A DNA stretch of 64,000 bases from Rhina ancylostomus. Its lineage: Eukaryota. The translations under genes were made by a program, and so were the position numbers. Below, piece by piece: positions 12,876-27,065 of this stretch; position 1 is the stretch's first letter, and every line of letters begins with the position of its first letter. The notes under the pieces are model-generated. The model was not told the origin of the DNA, searched no databases, and saw only the letters and a program-made list of their open reading frames with translations. The DNA lies in assembly GCA_030265395.1 (NCBI GenBank), contig JARFYF010000054.1, forward strand, positions 9,844,499 to 9,908,498. Direction: 5' to 3'.

Positions 12876-14455
12876 CATACAAGAACATAAGAAATAGGAG
12901 GAGTAGGCCATTTGGCTCATCAAGCCTGCTCTGCCATTCAATAAGATCATGGCTGATCTGGCTGTGGACTCAGCTCCACCTACCTGCCTTTTCCCTATAA
13001 CCCTTAATTCCCCTACTATGCAAAAATTTATCTGTGTCTTAAATATATTTAATAAGGTAGCTTCTATTGCTTCCCTGGGCAGAGAATTCCACAGATTCAC
13101 TACTCTCTGGGAAACACAGCTCCTCCTCATCTCTGTCCTAAATCTATTCTCTTGAATCTTGAGGCTATGTCACCTTGTTCTAGTCTCACTTACCAGTGGA
13201 AACAACTTTCCTGCCCCTATCTTATCTATCCTTTTCATAATTTTATATATTTCTATAAGATCCCTGAATTCCAGCAAGTATAGTCCCAGGTGACTCAGTC
13301 TCTCCTCGTAGGCTAACCTCCTTATCTCTGGAATCAACCTGGTGAACCTCCTCTGCACCACCTCCAAAGCCAGTATGTTTTCTCAAGTAAGGAGACCAGA
13401 GCTTGCATGCAGATCTCCAGGTGCAGCCTCACCAGTGCCCTGTACAGTTGCAACATAAACTCCCTGATCTTAAATTCAATCCCTCTAGCAATGAAGGCCA
13501 ACATTCCATTTGTCTTCTTGATAACCTGTTGCAACTGCAAACCAACCTTTTGCGATTTGCACACAATCACTCCCAAATCCCTCTGTACAACAGCAATGCT
13601 GCAATCTTTCACCATTTAAATAATAATCTGATCTTCGAATTTTCCTTCCACAGTGGATGACTTCGCATTTACCAACATTGTACTCCATCTGCCAGAACCT
13701 TGCCCACTCACTTAAACTATCTATATCCCTCAGAATCCTCTGCACAATTTGCTTTTCCACTCAATTTAGTGTCATCAGCAAACTTAGATAAGCTACTCTC
13801 GGTCTCCTCTTCCAAATCGTTAATATATATCGTGAACAGTTGCAGGCCCAGCACCAGCCCCTGCTGCACTCCATTCACCACTGATTGCTAAGCCGTGAAA
13901 CATCCATTTACCCCAACTCTCTGCCTTCTATTGGTTAAGCAATCCTCTATCCATGCTAATACATTATCCCCAACTCCACGTATCTATATCTTATAGACAT
14001 GTCTTTTATGTGGCACTTTATCGAACGCCTTCTGGAAATCCAACTATACAACATTCACCGGTTTGCCTCGATCCACTGCGCTCATTATATCCTCAAAGAA
14101 CTCCAGTAAGTTTGTCAGACAGGACCTGCCCTTCCTGAATCCATGCTGTCTGCCTGATGGAACCACTTCTTTCTAGATATCTTGCTATTTCTTCCTTAAT
14201 GATAGCTTCAAGCATTTTCACCGACTACAGATGTTAAGCTAACTAGCCTATAGTTACCTGCCTTTTGCCTATATTCTTTTTTTAAATAACTCCAGTGTGA
14301 CATTCGCTGTCTTCCAATCCACCAGGACCTGGTAAATTATTACAAATGCCTCCACTATAATTTCCACCATTTCTTTCAGAGCCCTGGGATGCATTCCATC
14401 AGGACTAGGGGACTTGTCTGCCTTCAGGCCCACTAGTTTGCTCAGCACTACCTAT
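12876..14455 (-). mobile_element. CR1 LINE, 1.6 kb 3' portion
   Basis: WQMEYNVGKCEVIHCG, QRDLGVIV, VQRRFTRLIPEI and SQRVVNLWNSLP peptides across frameshifts, with a ttcttatgttct-type tail. Confidence 0.93.
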
Positions 14456-15519
14456 ACAAGTAGATATACATTAATAAACATCTCAATTCGAAGTCATCAG
14501 CAATAAACTAAATACACCATGGCATCATAATTCAGGTAAGACTGTTGTATTTTTATAAAAATTTGGTTGACCTTTGCTTTAGAAGGTAACTTTATTAAAG
14601 AGAACTGCATTTCTTGTTTTAATTTCAGATAGATCAATCTCCAGCTCTCATTTGGATAGTAAAAATAAATTAATGCTAAATTTCTGATCTGCCTCAAAGG
14701 AAAAAAAAGACAACTCTGCAGCACAGAAAAAGCAATGATTCCATTTAGCTTTGCCTATAGATGCCTTTTGTTTTTTTAAGTTCTCACTAGCCAGGAGCAT
14801 GGTGGTGTTGGGAACATGAGAAGGTTTGGTATTCTAAAAGGACAACAAATGGACTTGTTTACATGTCTAAATGTTACTCAGTTAGTGGTCCTGTCCTCAC
14901 CCCCTAAACCGTTAAATAACTCTTTCATCTAAATATAATTAGAGCTTAACTTATCAAACAGCAACAAACAGCTGAAATAGGAAAGTTTTTGTCTGGCTGG
15001 AAACACAGAAAATTAGAAGATTACCATTCAGAAAATGCAAATCAAGTCCCAACTTCTGCACAAAAAAAAACTTGCTTCTTATTTACATATCATTTTCAGC
15101 TCTTTTATGTGTTTATCATATATTTATATTCATTAGGAATAATGAACCCCTATTTTCAGTCATCTGAGATATGTGCATGGAATAGAAAGCAACCTCTTCA
15201 AATCTTAAGTGTCTTATTAATTATGCATAAACCAGATCTGCACCAAGGTAGTAAGACAATAAGAAAAAAATGTTGAAATGAGTAGACTTGATCAACTATG
15301 CACAAATTTAAATACTTCAAGGCAGGTCATCAAGTTCCACCTCAAATGCAGTGCACTATGGAGCAGCAAGATTCAGATTCATCATCAATATATTGAATCC
15401 CCAGTCTTGATCAAATTCAGTGACCCTTGTAAAATAAAAATCAGAAAAAAAATGCAGACCTATCCCTTCTCATATCTCCTTATGGTTGATTTCAGAATGG
15501 TAGAGGCCCACCTAAGGAT

Positions 15520-16020
15520 AAAGAACCACGAAATAGGCCTTACAATCATTCAAGCACACTCTGCAACACAAAACCATGGCAACATTTGGTAATCTTTTAC
15601 CTCATTCCATTTTCTTACCCTAATTTCACATCCCTTGATTTCCTTAATGTTCAAAAATGTAAGGATGTCAGCCCTGATCATACTCAGTGACTGAGTATCC
15701 ACAGCCTTCTGGTACATAGATATCCAAAGATTCACAATACCACAATACACATTCATAATCACCATGTAATGAATTGACCTGTACGATTGGTATGCAAGAC
15801 AAGTCTTTCACTGTACCTCGGTACAAGCGACAATAATAAACCAATACCAATACACCAAGTGAAAATAATTCTCACTTTAGCGTTGGTTGCTGAGAACAAC
15901 TTCTTTTGATCTAAATTTTCTTTTATCCTGCTATGTTTCAATAAGGTCAATTCCCAATTTTCTGAACTCCAGAAAACAGAACTGAATCTGTCACGAGACA
16001 ACCTAGTGTCCATCCCTACC
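15520..16020 (-). mobile_element. Decayed CR1 3' end with a short plus-strand repeat inserted at about 15763-15853
   Basis: Reverse CR1 tail. The insert tgtaatgaattg...tatgcaagacaag...cactgtacctcggtac...aataaacc is also present at 45320-45400. Confidence 0.65.
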
Positions 16021-16589
16021 ACACCATCTCCCCCTCCGCAAGGACATGTACATCTTACCGTACATAGGCACTTTTAGCTAGGATTAGTACCTGACAGATT
16101 AAAGCTAAAATTGAAGTAGAGGAGAGGATGCCAGAAGAATAGATAAGAAATGTTACAAAAGCAAAGGTGCTTGCATAAGCCATAGTGTTTAGGTCTATCA
16201 TTACATTAGCCCCACATATATATATTTTTACATGGCACTCTTCTACCTCTTTTCATAATTCTGTTCAGATAGGACAGTTATAGCCAGGAAGAGTTAGAGT
16301 TGATAGAAGAGATGAAATGTTCAATATTTAAATTAGCGATTAACAACACACGGTCACTCTTCATCCCCACAAGTACATTAGGTGATTCCCTCAAAGTCAC
16401 CAAACAGGATTTAGGGCCTTTGTAACTCAAATCACAAAGCTTCCTTCCAACTACCCCCTTCCATCCCCGTCCCCCACCTCTCTCGAGGTTGATTTGAGAA
16501 CTAGATCAGGGAAAAAAAAATACATGAACAGAAAAGGCCTAAAATTGCCAAGATCCCAAAGCCCAAAAAGAGCCAAAGCAGCAGAGCAA

Positions 16590-17700
16590 GTGAAGTATAG
16601 GATAGGTATGGTAGTGAGAAATGGTCTTGTCTTAAAAGACATGGAATCAGTGTGGGTCAAGACAGAAATAGCAAGCAGAAAATGTCACCCTTATAGGCCC
16701 CAAAACAGTAGTTACACACTTGAACACAGTATAGAGTTATACAGTACAGAAAACAGGCCTTTTGGCCCAACTTGTCCATGTCTACCAAGATTCCCACCTA
16801 AGCTCATATGTCAAGTAGTAATAGGGGCTTTTAAGAAGGACACTGCCTTAGTCATGAGCAACTCTAATATATCGAACTGGCAAAGTTAGTCTTGTTAGAG
16901 TGCATTCAAGATAATTTATTAGAACAATAAGCTCCCCCATTGAGGGAACAGACTATTTTAGATCTGATCACGTGCATTGAGACAGGATTAATTAATAACA
17001 TTATTTTTCATTAATTAATGAAAAAAATCTCTGGGAAAGAGTGATCATAACATGACAGGATCTTATATTCAGTATAAAATTTTTAAAAATTATGTCTGAA
17101 ACTGACACCTTTAGTGTAGGCAATCACAAAAGGTATGATGGCAGAACTGGGAAAATAAGATGGTAGATGAATAGTATTAAACATCTGAGAAGATATTTCA
17201 TATTTCTCAATACATACATTCCATTGAGAAATAAATGAGAAGGATGATCTTAAATAGAAAAGGGTAGAAATTGTTCTGAAAATTAGTGATAGGCTGGAAG
17301 ATTGAGAGAAATTTAGAAACCAGCAAAGGATCACTCAGAAAGAAAAAATAAATTATGAGAATAAGCTAACAANNNNNNNNNNNNTAGAGTAAGAATCTAT
17401 GTACATAAAAAGGAGAACTGTAGCTAGAGTAAACATTATTCCCCTAGAGAAAGAGAAAATAAGGAAATGGGAAAGACCTTTAAAAAAAATTTCTTCACTA
17501 TAGAAGACATTAAAAGACATTCAAACAGTAGCACAAAACCTAAGGGCAAAAGGGAGTGAGACACTCAAAACAATCACTATCACAAGGGAAAAGATATCAG
17601 ACAGAATAATGGTCATGGCTGATCTAATATTGGCCTCGAGACTTCCCCGTACTTGAGTCAGTGATCCACTGTTGGTGAAGCGAATGTTTAGGGGAAGATT
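16590..17700 (+). mobile_element. Highly decayed CR1 ORF2 (endonuclease/linker region)
   Basis: ESVWV, YRP and ILDL-like remnants. A reverse CR1 tail is inserted at about 16725-16805. Confidence 0.6.
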
Positions 17701-20700
17701 ATGTGCCAATCAAATTGGCGGTATTGTTCCTAATACAATAAAACGCTGATACCCTGCCAGCCAATTGTTCAGAAATCCCAATAGTTCAGCATCTGGCTCA
17801 CAAAGGCCCTGTTCCTCATGGTCCCTTTAACCTTACCACTGCCCTTTAGGTTCATTGGATTCTGTTTATCGCAACATACATTATACTACTCTGTGACACC
17901 TTTAAAAAGCGAAATAAAAGTGTTTTGGGATATTAATAGGAGTAATACTCAATTGTCCAGAAAATCTGCTAGCTTGGCACCACCAAACTATCAGAATTTT
18001 AATGTAGCGTCACTGAACTTGCAAATAGAGATTCTATTTTCTTGACTTGAGATTTTAAGATGAGGATAGGGGAGTCAGGAAGCAAGTCGCTAACCGTACG
18101 ATGCCTGGCCTCTGACTTGCCCTTGTAGCCACTCTATTTATGTGGTTCCTATACTTGGACAAGACTGAGCAGATCATTCTGGTTTCTGAACTATGGTCCT
18201 TTTGTTTTCATGTTTACATCTTATTTTAAGACACTTGTGTTTCCTTCATTTGCTCCAGGCTAATCTCCATATCATGAGGGAAGAATGCTGCTGTTTACAA
18301 GACCTGGGTTTTTTGAGACAAGAAAAACAAGTACTGGATTCTTCAGCTACTTTGGTTCAACGAAAATGTGGAGGTCTGCTACATTTTCAATAGATTAGTA
18401 TGATCTTCAGAATTTTATCTGTAAAAGCCACAAAGAAAAGTACCATCTTTCAGCATTTAATCTTTATATTTTGTTTTCATTTAGTGTCTATGGAATAAAT
18501 ATCACAATTTTACAGGAAACTTATTGAAATGATACCGTAAGAAACAATTTGCTGCTAAGCTTAAATGTAGAGATGGTTACTTAAATAAAATGCTATGATT
18601 TTTACTTAAATTGTGAATTATCAGCAAGAAATTAAAATAGGTAAAAGGCAAATCATACAGACCTGAAATAGGATATTCTCCAAAACAAAAGACTTTTCCC
18701 TTTTGTATGATTCCTGATTACTTCTTGTATTCTTTGTGGGGATGATGTTTGGTTAGGGGTGGACTGGGTGGTGAGGCAGGTGATTCAAAATTACTTCAAG
18801 AATGGTTGTTTGTTCTATTGATTTTTTGATACTTGGACCAATTTGATGCCATCTCTTGGATATTTATGATGCCGAGTTCCACCTCTTTCAACCACACCAT
18901 TGAGTCAGAGTGTTTGGACAACTTATCACGCACCCTTTCCTTGGGCATATTTGATCCTAATTAAGTCTTTAATTCAATAACAATTCCAACACAAAAAGAA
19001 CCCTTTGTACAAGCTTTCCATCTTTGCCTACCTTAGAAAAGGAAGAGATAACAGAAAATACAAATTTATACAGTATTTTTAATTGAGCAAATATTACAGC
19101 TCCTTAACAACTTGGGAATGACCTAAACAATAAAACAAGTTTGGTACGTCATCCAGAGATAATTTAAAAAAGCTAAGTTTTAAAGAGATTTTTTTTGAAG
19201 TTGAAGTCGAAATTGAAATAAAGTGTTAGGGTTTGGAGAGCAAGGCACTGAAAGTGGGATTTAGAAGGCAAAATGGACAATGAGAAAAGTTCATTAAATC
19301 AGAGATCAATTTATAGGTATGATCAGTGAAGCTAAATTGAAAAGACTGAAAATTACTGAGACTACACACATAAGTTTTGAAGCTGATGGCAAAAGTGGAT
19401 ACTGGCAAGAATAGGTGCACGTTGGGGCACACTAGTGTAAAGAGCAGAATGGATGATGAGCCTGCATTTACATCTGCTTAAGGAGCTTGAAAATTGAAAG
19501 TAAAACTTTAAGGCACAAATTGAATAGAAATTGTTGAATCAGGTTCCTTGGAGTGATGGGCCACAAGATGTTCCACATCCTTCTCAAGACAGCTAAAAAA
19601 GGTACAGGAATTGACTACCTGTCAGCCTGCTTGAATAGTGAGAATTTTTGAACTGTACAATAACCACTGACTCAAAATGTTCTTGGAAAACACTCGCAAG
19701 ATGCAACTTGGTATGGCCTTTATTTTGGCACAGAAATGTTATTGCAACTTCATTTGTTTCAACAATACAAATAAACAAAATCTTTCTGAATAAGGCAATC
19801 AAGTAATTAGAATTACAAGCATTTAAAATAAAAAATAAATGCCATTTGAATTTCACTACGTACCAGAAAGTTGTGTCATTCTGACATTTTTTTGTTGCAG
19901 AATCAAATGAACAAGAAAAGTAATTTGTGGAACCAGACAATGACATCTGGACAGCTTGCTTTACCAAAAAAGTTAATAGACCTTATTTTATAATAGTTCA
20001 TAAATATATCAATGGAATGGTTTCCATTCACTCTGAAAATATCCCAACTTTAAATTATTTTCCCACATGGATGGTATCTGCCATTCCAAAACAAGCTTTA
20101 CATTTATAATGCAGACAAATTCTCAATGTATCAGTTGTAACAGTTCAATTCTTACTACTCCCANNNNNNNNNNNNNNNNNNNNNNNNNNNNNNNNNNNNN
20201 NNNNNNNNNNNNNNNNNNNNNNNNNNNNNNNNNNNNNNNNNNNNNNNNNNNNNNNNNNNNNNNATGCAGACAAATTCTCAATGTATCAGTGGTACCAGTT
20301 CAATTCTTACTACTCCCAGAAATGATGCAATAAAAAAAACATTTCACTGAATATTTTATCTTTTGATGAAAAATAATGATTAAGCTTAATTTAATGACAA
20401 AAGTGTATTACCAACTGTTTCATGGCCTAATGCTTTTTCTTTTGAATATACTGAGAAGCCTTGGTAAAAAGTAAAGGACCACAGTTTAGGGCACCAAATG
20501 AAGTAGTAAATTAGGAATGATTACAGTGACACCATGGACAATAACTTGAAGCCTCTAAAAGGAAAAATTAAAGATGAGGAAGATCTACTAAAAAAAATAA
20601 GATTTTGCAGTGTGTCTATTTCGTACACCACAAATGGGGCAACTAGTTAGGATATGTACTTTTAGCTTAGAAGTTATGTGTCATAACAAAATATACCCAA

Positions 20701-21149
20701 TATCAAATTTTAATGCTTTCACGCTTTTTCTTTATAATTTCCGTTTTCTAAGCAGGAGGAGCAGGCCATTTACTCCTTCACACCTGCTCTGTCAATCGAT
20801 AAGATCATAACTGATCTTTACCTCAGAACAGTTTTCCTGTACTAACCCCTTATTCCCTTAATATCTAAAAACCTATTGATATATTCTGTCTGATGCAAGC
20901 TCAGTCTGAAAACAATATCCTTTAAAGATTTATCCCGCTCACTAGTAGTGCTAATGAAGATACTGTAGGTTTTAATATCTCCTAGTGATTTTAAGCCTAT
21001 ACTTCCCTCTTGGGTTCTTCTCAGTCTGATTAAACAGGGATGTATTAGTCAGTTGAGGGTGGATACATGAGGTGCCAAACTATGGCTTTCCTCAGCCTTA
21101 AAGCCTTAGATCACAGAGTCAATGTTAAGGGAAGCTGCCCCTTCCCCTT

Positions 21150-22260
21150 AATTGATCATCACCCTTGATAACTATATGCAGCAGGACTACAGAGCTTTCA
21201 CCTGATCTGTTGTTGGTGGGATCACTTAGCTATCTCAGTTGCATGCTTTTCCTGCTAACACACATGTAGTCTTGTGTTGTAGCTTCATCAGGTTAGTTCC
21301 TCATTTTGAGGTATGTTGGCTACTGCTCCCCTTGTGCCCTTTTGCAACCCTCAATGAACCAGATTGTCAGAAAAGAGTGTGGGATATGGCAGGTCATGAG
21401 ATTATATTTTGTAGTGTACACTTCTGTTATTTCTGATGGTCCACAGTGCCTCACAGATTCTTAGTTTTCAGCTACCAGATCAGTTCTGAGTCTCTCCTGT
21501 TCAGTATATGGTGCCACATAACATAAGGGATGGTTTCCTCATTGTGAAGTTAGGATTTTATCTCCATAGGGATTATGCAGTGGTCACTTCTACCAGCGGT
21601 ACCATGGACAGATGCATCCACAACAGATAGATGACGAAGTCAAGAAGGATTATCCCTCATGTTAGTTTGTTCATTAGCTGCTACATAACCCGCCTGGCAG
21701 CAATATTCTTCAGGACTCAGCAAATTTGGATTGCGCTGGCGCTATCAAATCACTGTCAGTAATGAATTTTGAAGCACCCACTCTCAGTACATTCTGTGCC
21801 CTTGCTACTTTCCAGTGTTGAGGAGCACAAATTTATCAGTTGAAGGAGGACAGTAGGTGGTAATCAAGTCTTCATTGCCTATGTAGTCCTGATGCTCCTT
21901 CCTTCCTATAAGTCACTGTACCACACCTCTGGTGCATGTCTTGCTCGTGGCACAGGAAAGATCAAAGATTTCTAATAGGTGAGTTTGGCACATTGTAAGG
22001 CATGATGCGCAAAGTCCAACAATGTCATGCTATTTATCCAGACTGTAGGTTGCATTACCAATTTAAGACACCAGTGGTGAGATGTTTATGATGAGAACTC
22101 TGCAAGGTCGATTAGACTTTGCCTTATCTAAATTCATTGCTTAAGTTGAGATTGGGTGATTTGAACCTGTTTTAACGTTTTTCTGTTTCAATATAGGAGA
22201 TTTAATAAAACTGAGTGGCTTGCTGGGGCACCAACTCCTCTAACTCCTTGGGGAGTTAAG
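21150..22260 (-). mobile_element. Decayed L2/CR1-group LINE (endonuclease region)
   Basis: Resembles 61030-61810 in motif order. No open frame. Confidence 0.5.
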
Positions 22261-22974
22261 AGTTAACTACATTGTTGCTCTTGCCCAGTCACCACATTGG
22301 AATCAATACCCAGATGCTAGAAAGTCCAAGGGTCAACTGGATGAGATTGTCCATCTTGTACATTTTGGATTGCTGTTAATAATTCTTTGTGCTATTTCTC
22401 ATTATCCTGTTTCATCGCAACTTTTTTAAATCAACTACGTGACGAGAGGTAAGTAAATCTTCAATACTATTCAGTAAATTAATAAGTTGCTAAAAAGGTA
22501 GGATATGCTTCAGTTATTTTCTGTGCACACATTCAGTCACACTATTTTGTTAGTCTATTTTATCATTTGTGACTATTACAGTGAAAGTCAAACTTGTTCT
22601 CAGCTGACATATTTTCAACAGGATCAGCTGACGCATTTCAATAGGGGTAACTACATGGTAATCAGAGGTGTCAATATTAGTCTATTTCTCTCATCTCACA
22701 GCAGCAACAGCTAATATTAAAACTTTAATTCATAACAATTTCATCCAAATGGAGAACTGAAGCTGAGACTTCCACAGTGTGCCTTCCTCCAAGGGATAAT
22801 ACGGAGAGTCTCAGATTCACAAACTAAACTGAAAGCATCCTGCAACACAATAGAATTACAAACCATAGAAAGCCAACAGTATAATAACTATGATAAATAG
22901 TACCAAAGTGATTGCATAATGGCACAGAAAAACTGAGAAAACTAACAATAAATTTAAATTATTATATTTAATTT

Positions 22975-23573
22975 TAGAGTCGTAGAGTACTACAGCACAG
23001 AAACAGGTCCACCTAGTCCATGCCAACCTGATCTTCTGCCTAGTCCCATTTACCAGCACCCGGACCATATTGTTCCAAACCCCTCCCATCCATGTACCTA
23101 TCCACACCTCTCTTAAGTGTACAATTGAACCCACACCTACCACTTCTGCTGGCAACTCATTCCACACTCATACCTCCCTCTAACTGAGGAAGCTCCCCCT
23201 CAGATTCCCCTTATATATTTCACATTTCACCCTAAACCTAATTCTAGTCTCACCCAACCTTTGGAGAAAAAGCCTGCATGCATTCACCCTATCCATACCC
23301 TCATAATTTTCTAAACCTCTATAAAATCTTCCCTCATTCTCCTGCGCTCCAGGGAATAAAGTCCTAACCTATTCAACCTTTCCCTATAACTCAGGTCCTC
23401 AAGTCCCTGCAACATTNNNNNNNNNNNNNNNNNNNNNNNNNNNNNNNNNNNNNNNNNNNNNNNNNNNNNNNNNNNNNNNNNNGGTAGGTGACCAGAACTG
23501 CACACAATACTCCAACATCTTGTACAACCTCAACATAACATCCCATTTCCTGGACTTAATGCCCTGATTTATG
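22975..23573 (-). mobile_element. CR1/HER1 LINE 3' end
   Basis: MLQGLEDLSYRERLNRLGLYSLERRRMREDFIEV and WNELPAEVV peptides, with a ctatgact-type tail. Confidence 0.92.
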
Positions 23574-24249
23574 ATTTTTGCTTTAAAAGTATTAATTTAT
23601 TAAAAAAGTACTAAAAGCAGGTACTTAATCACTGAAGTTAGGTAATAACTGCACAATGGAAAATGTGAAATTAAATTCCCAGCACATTGTTGGACTAAAT
23701 TAACTAATTTCAAATGAACTATAGTAGAAAGCAACAACTCGGGTAGGTGAAGAGATAAATCAGCACAGGTTTCTTTCAAGTCTAGTACCCGAATCCTAAA
23801 ATACCACATTGATATTACATGAGAAAGGAGGTGATTTTCATGGCACCTAAGCTCAAATAGCATCCACTGTTATGATTCACATATGAAGAAAGGCTGATTA
23901 GAACAGACAACAGTGCATATGAAACTGCCAAATAACAACATGCAATGTTAAGAGTCAGTATAATTATCCAAATAATTAAAAACAGCCACCATGACTACAA
24001 TACTTCAGTAATACAGTCTCTGAAGCATGGTCAATTTAAAGTCACTTTAATTAATTAATGCTACCAAATAAATGATGCATCACACACTAAAGTAAGCAGC
24101 TTTCCAAGAATAAAGAATTTGATCAGATACTTAAGATGACAGCATAGATTTTATAGCAGGTTCCAGACAGATTTTAGACAATGAAATGAGTGCTAGTTAG
24201 TACCAGTGAGACAACTTGTACCAGTTGGTTCCTTTATTCATTAGCATAC

Positions 24250-24377
24250 CTCACTTTCCCAGTCAAGTTTGTGTGCACATGCTGCTGGAATTCTTTATAC
24301 TTTGATGCCAAATACGAGAAATCTGGAGGTTTGTCTTTATATCTGTTCCTTGGATGCATAGATTTGTTAAGGGCCAT
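24250..24377 (-). CDS. METTL16: METTL16 (U6 snRNA/MAT2A m6A methyltransferase), first coding exon, 128 nt, partial gene
   Basis: Reverse complement translates to MALNKSMHPRNRYKDKPPDFSYLASKYKEFQQHVHTNLTGKV(AG), matching the vertebrate METTL16 N-terminus (MALSKSMHARNRYKDKPPDFAYLASKY...). Polypyrimidine acceptor ttcttcttgtcttttag|G-ATG (exon starts 24378) and donor GAG|gtatgc, phase 2. Confidence 0.97.
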
Positions 24378-25599
24378 CCTAAAAGACAAGAAGAAAATTG
24401 GAATATTTTTAAACTGTAACCAGTATGCATGGAGGTACAGCTTATATCAGCATGAAATTAATTGCTCTTACTACACAACTATTTAAAGGGATTGTTGAAG
24501 GGTCTCTCTACTTCTGCCCAATGGTCTTTTAAGTTATGACAGCCAAACAATAAGGCAATGTTTTGAATTGCCAAGCTAAATAATGAAAAGTAACAACTAA
24601 ACAAAACATTTAAAAGTTATATCCTACACTCATCAGTATGCAGTTGGGAGAAATGCATATAACTTTTCTTGCAATCAACTATTCCTGTTTTTCCTTTTCA
24701 ATACTTCCACTTACTTCACAACACAAGTTGGTGCCTCCATAAATGAAAAGGATATATGGACACATGGGAAAGAGTCACTGGTCCCCAAGGGACTACCACA
24801 ATTAACATTAAAAAAGAAACAGTGGATAATTATTCTCCCTGACCTCTTTTTCACGACTGCACAATAATTACTTTAATTGGAGGAACTATCAAAGATATCC
24901 CAAGCCATAACCACCCTGACAAAAAGTCCTCATATCCTTGGAGGTGACTGTGCCAATAAAGGCAGAGCTCCAAACGGTGAGCAGGAATATAAAGAACAAC
25001 AGGGCATGCAACTGAAAATTTCTCAGCAACATTTCATCCTTATGCAGAATTACAAAATACATATATTTTTTCCTACTTAATTGTACCTTACGCACAATTT
25101 CACATTTAAATATCTGCAATTTAAAATACTACATAAAACAAGCACCAAAGCAAGTCCTAGAACTGTAGAAAAACAATGGGGGGGGCACGCTTAAATGATG
25201 AATTTCTGGCAGCCTTGCTAATATTTAGAACAATTATTTGTAAAAATACATGGAAAAACATTAAACCACAATTAGAACACTGCATAATGCAAGTGATTCT
25301 TTAGGTTTTCTTGTAAATACAGTCATTTTAAGTAAAAGGCCAAACGGCAGAGATCCAACAAGACGATCATGTGCATTGAATTTTCTATAGCCCTCAGTCC
25401 TAAACCATCTATTTGAGATCAACTATAACTGTTGCAAGACAGAAGTGTTGCTCTCTCATTCAGTGGCATACATTGAAAAAATACCCTCTTTAAAACTTTT
25501 TTTAATATTTCAAATCAGTAACTTTGTTTCATCAAAAAAGTTGTATAATCTGAACACATTCAATGCCATGCAGAAAAGACCTGCATTTACATAATGCCA

Positions 25600-27065
25600 C
25601 CTCCATCACCACACCAAACTCCAATTTACAAAATTAGTTGACAGAAAGGCATAGTGATAATCATTGGGGATTTTAATCTACATGTATACTGGAAAAATCT
25701 GAGAGGCAAAGACAGCTGGGAGAAGTTCACAGAGTGTTTCTGGGAGAGTTTCTGTGAAAAAACACATTCTGGAGCCAGAGAACAGGTGATATGAAACCTG
25801 GTATTGTGGAGCAAGGTAGCATTAAGTCACGACCTCATTGTGAAGAGATCTCTAGGTACCAGCAGACATAATGCAATTGGATTTTACATTCAGTTTGTGA
25901 ATGAGAAGTTTGGGGTCCAGACTACTCTTTTAATCTTCAATTAGCACAACTATTAGGCAATAAAAGCAGAAAAAGCAAAAGTGAACTGGCAAATTAGGTT
26001 AAGGGATCAGCCAAATGAGATGCAGCAGCAGACATTAAAGGAGATTTTAAGGAGAAAAAAAGAAACCCAAAAATAGGACGCAACATCCATGTTTAACCAG
26101 CATGGGACTGCTGATGGTTGGGAAATCAGAATACAGAAACAGTGATGAATGACTAAGTAATAAGGAAGGAATAATTGGAGTATGGGAGAAAGCTAGCTAA
26201 AGTTAAAATAAAACAGATTAAGAGATTCTATGGCTATTTAAAGTACTGAAGAGTTAACAGAGTAGAACAGAGTAGTCTAATCAATTAATGATGGAAAACA
26301 AGAAGATGGCAGAAGAATTAAATAGGTATTTTGAATAATTCTTTACAACAGTGGATACATATAACATCCCAGAAATAACTGTAGGCTAAGAAATGAAAAG
26401 GAGAGAGGAACTCAGGAAACAATAATCACCAGAGAAGTGGTACTAAAGCAACTTCTGGAGTTGCAAGCATACAAATCTCCAGGTCCTGATGGACTTCCCC
26501 TTAGAGTCTTAAAAGATGTGGCTAATGAGTCAGCTGACGTATTGCTTTAATTTTTCCAAATTTCCTGCATTTGGGGAAAGTTCCATTAAATTGAAAAATA
26601 GCAAAAAGGGAAGAAAGCAGTTAGTTTAAAATATGCTAAAAAGAAAATGTTAGAAGCAGTTATTTAAAACATTATAGCAGGGCAATGAGGAATAATCACT
26701 GTAAATGGGCAAAGCCAATATGATTTTACGAAAGGGAAATCATGCTTACTGCAGTTCTTTGAAGAAATAACATATGTTAATGATAAAGAACTGGTAGATG
26801 TACTATACTTAGATTTCCAAATGGCATTTGATAAGTTACTGCATTAAAAGTTGTTGAAATTAAAGTTGATGGTGTTGAAAGGAACATATTGGTGTAGACA
26901 GAAGACTGGATGGCTAACAGTAACAGAGTTGGCATAAGTGTCTTTTCTGCTTGGCAAGGTGTATCGGGTAGGATGCCTGAGACTGGTCCTGGACCTCTCC
27001 AGTTTATAGTTTATATAAACAATGAGGATGAAGGCACAGAAAGTATGGATTTTAAATCTGCCATT
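25600..27065 (+). mobile_element. Decayed CR1 ORF2 (endonuclease to RT)
   Basis: KSPGPDGL, KGKSCL, DVLYLDFQMAFDK and GPLQFIVYIN remnants. Confidence 0.8.

Noticed and set aside
19901-19993. Plus-strand acceptor followed by NQMNKKSNLWNQTMTSGQLALPKK
   Set aside because: No good donor, no recognisable homology, and antisense to METTL16.
20109-20318. 55-bp sequence repeated on both sides of a 100-N gap
   Set aside because: Typical unmerged contig overlap or allelic ends (2 mismatches), so probably an assembly artefact.
1-24249. Search for METTL16 exon 3 (LNFKDPEAVRAL...) and, in 55-64 kb, PAFAH1B1 exon 3 (NRAIADYLRSNG...)
   Set aside because: Not found by eye. They are probably outside the window or inside a gap.
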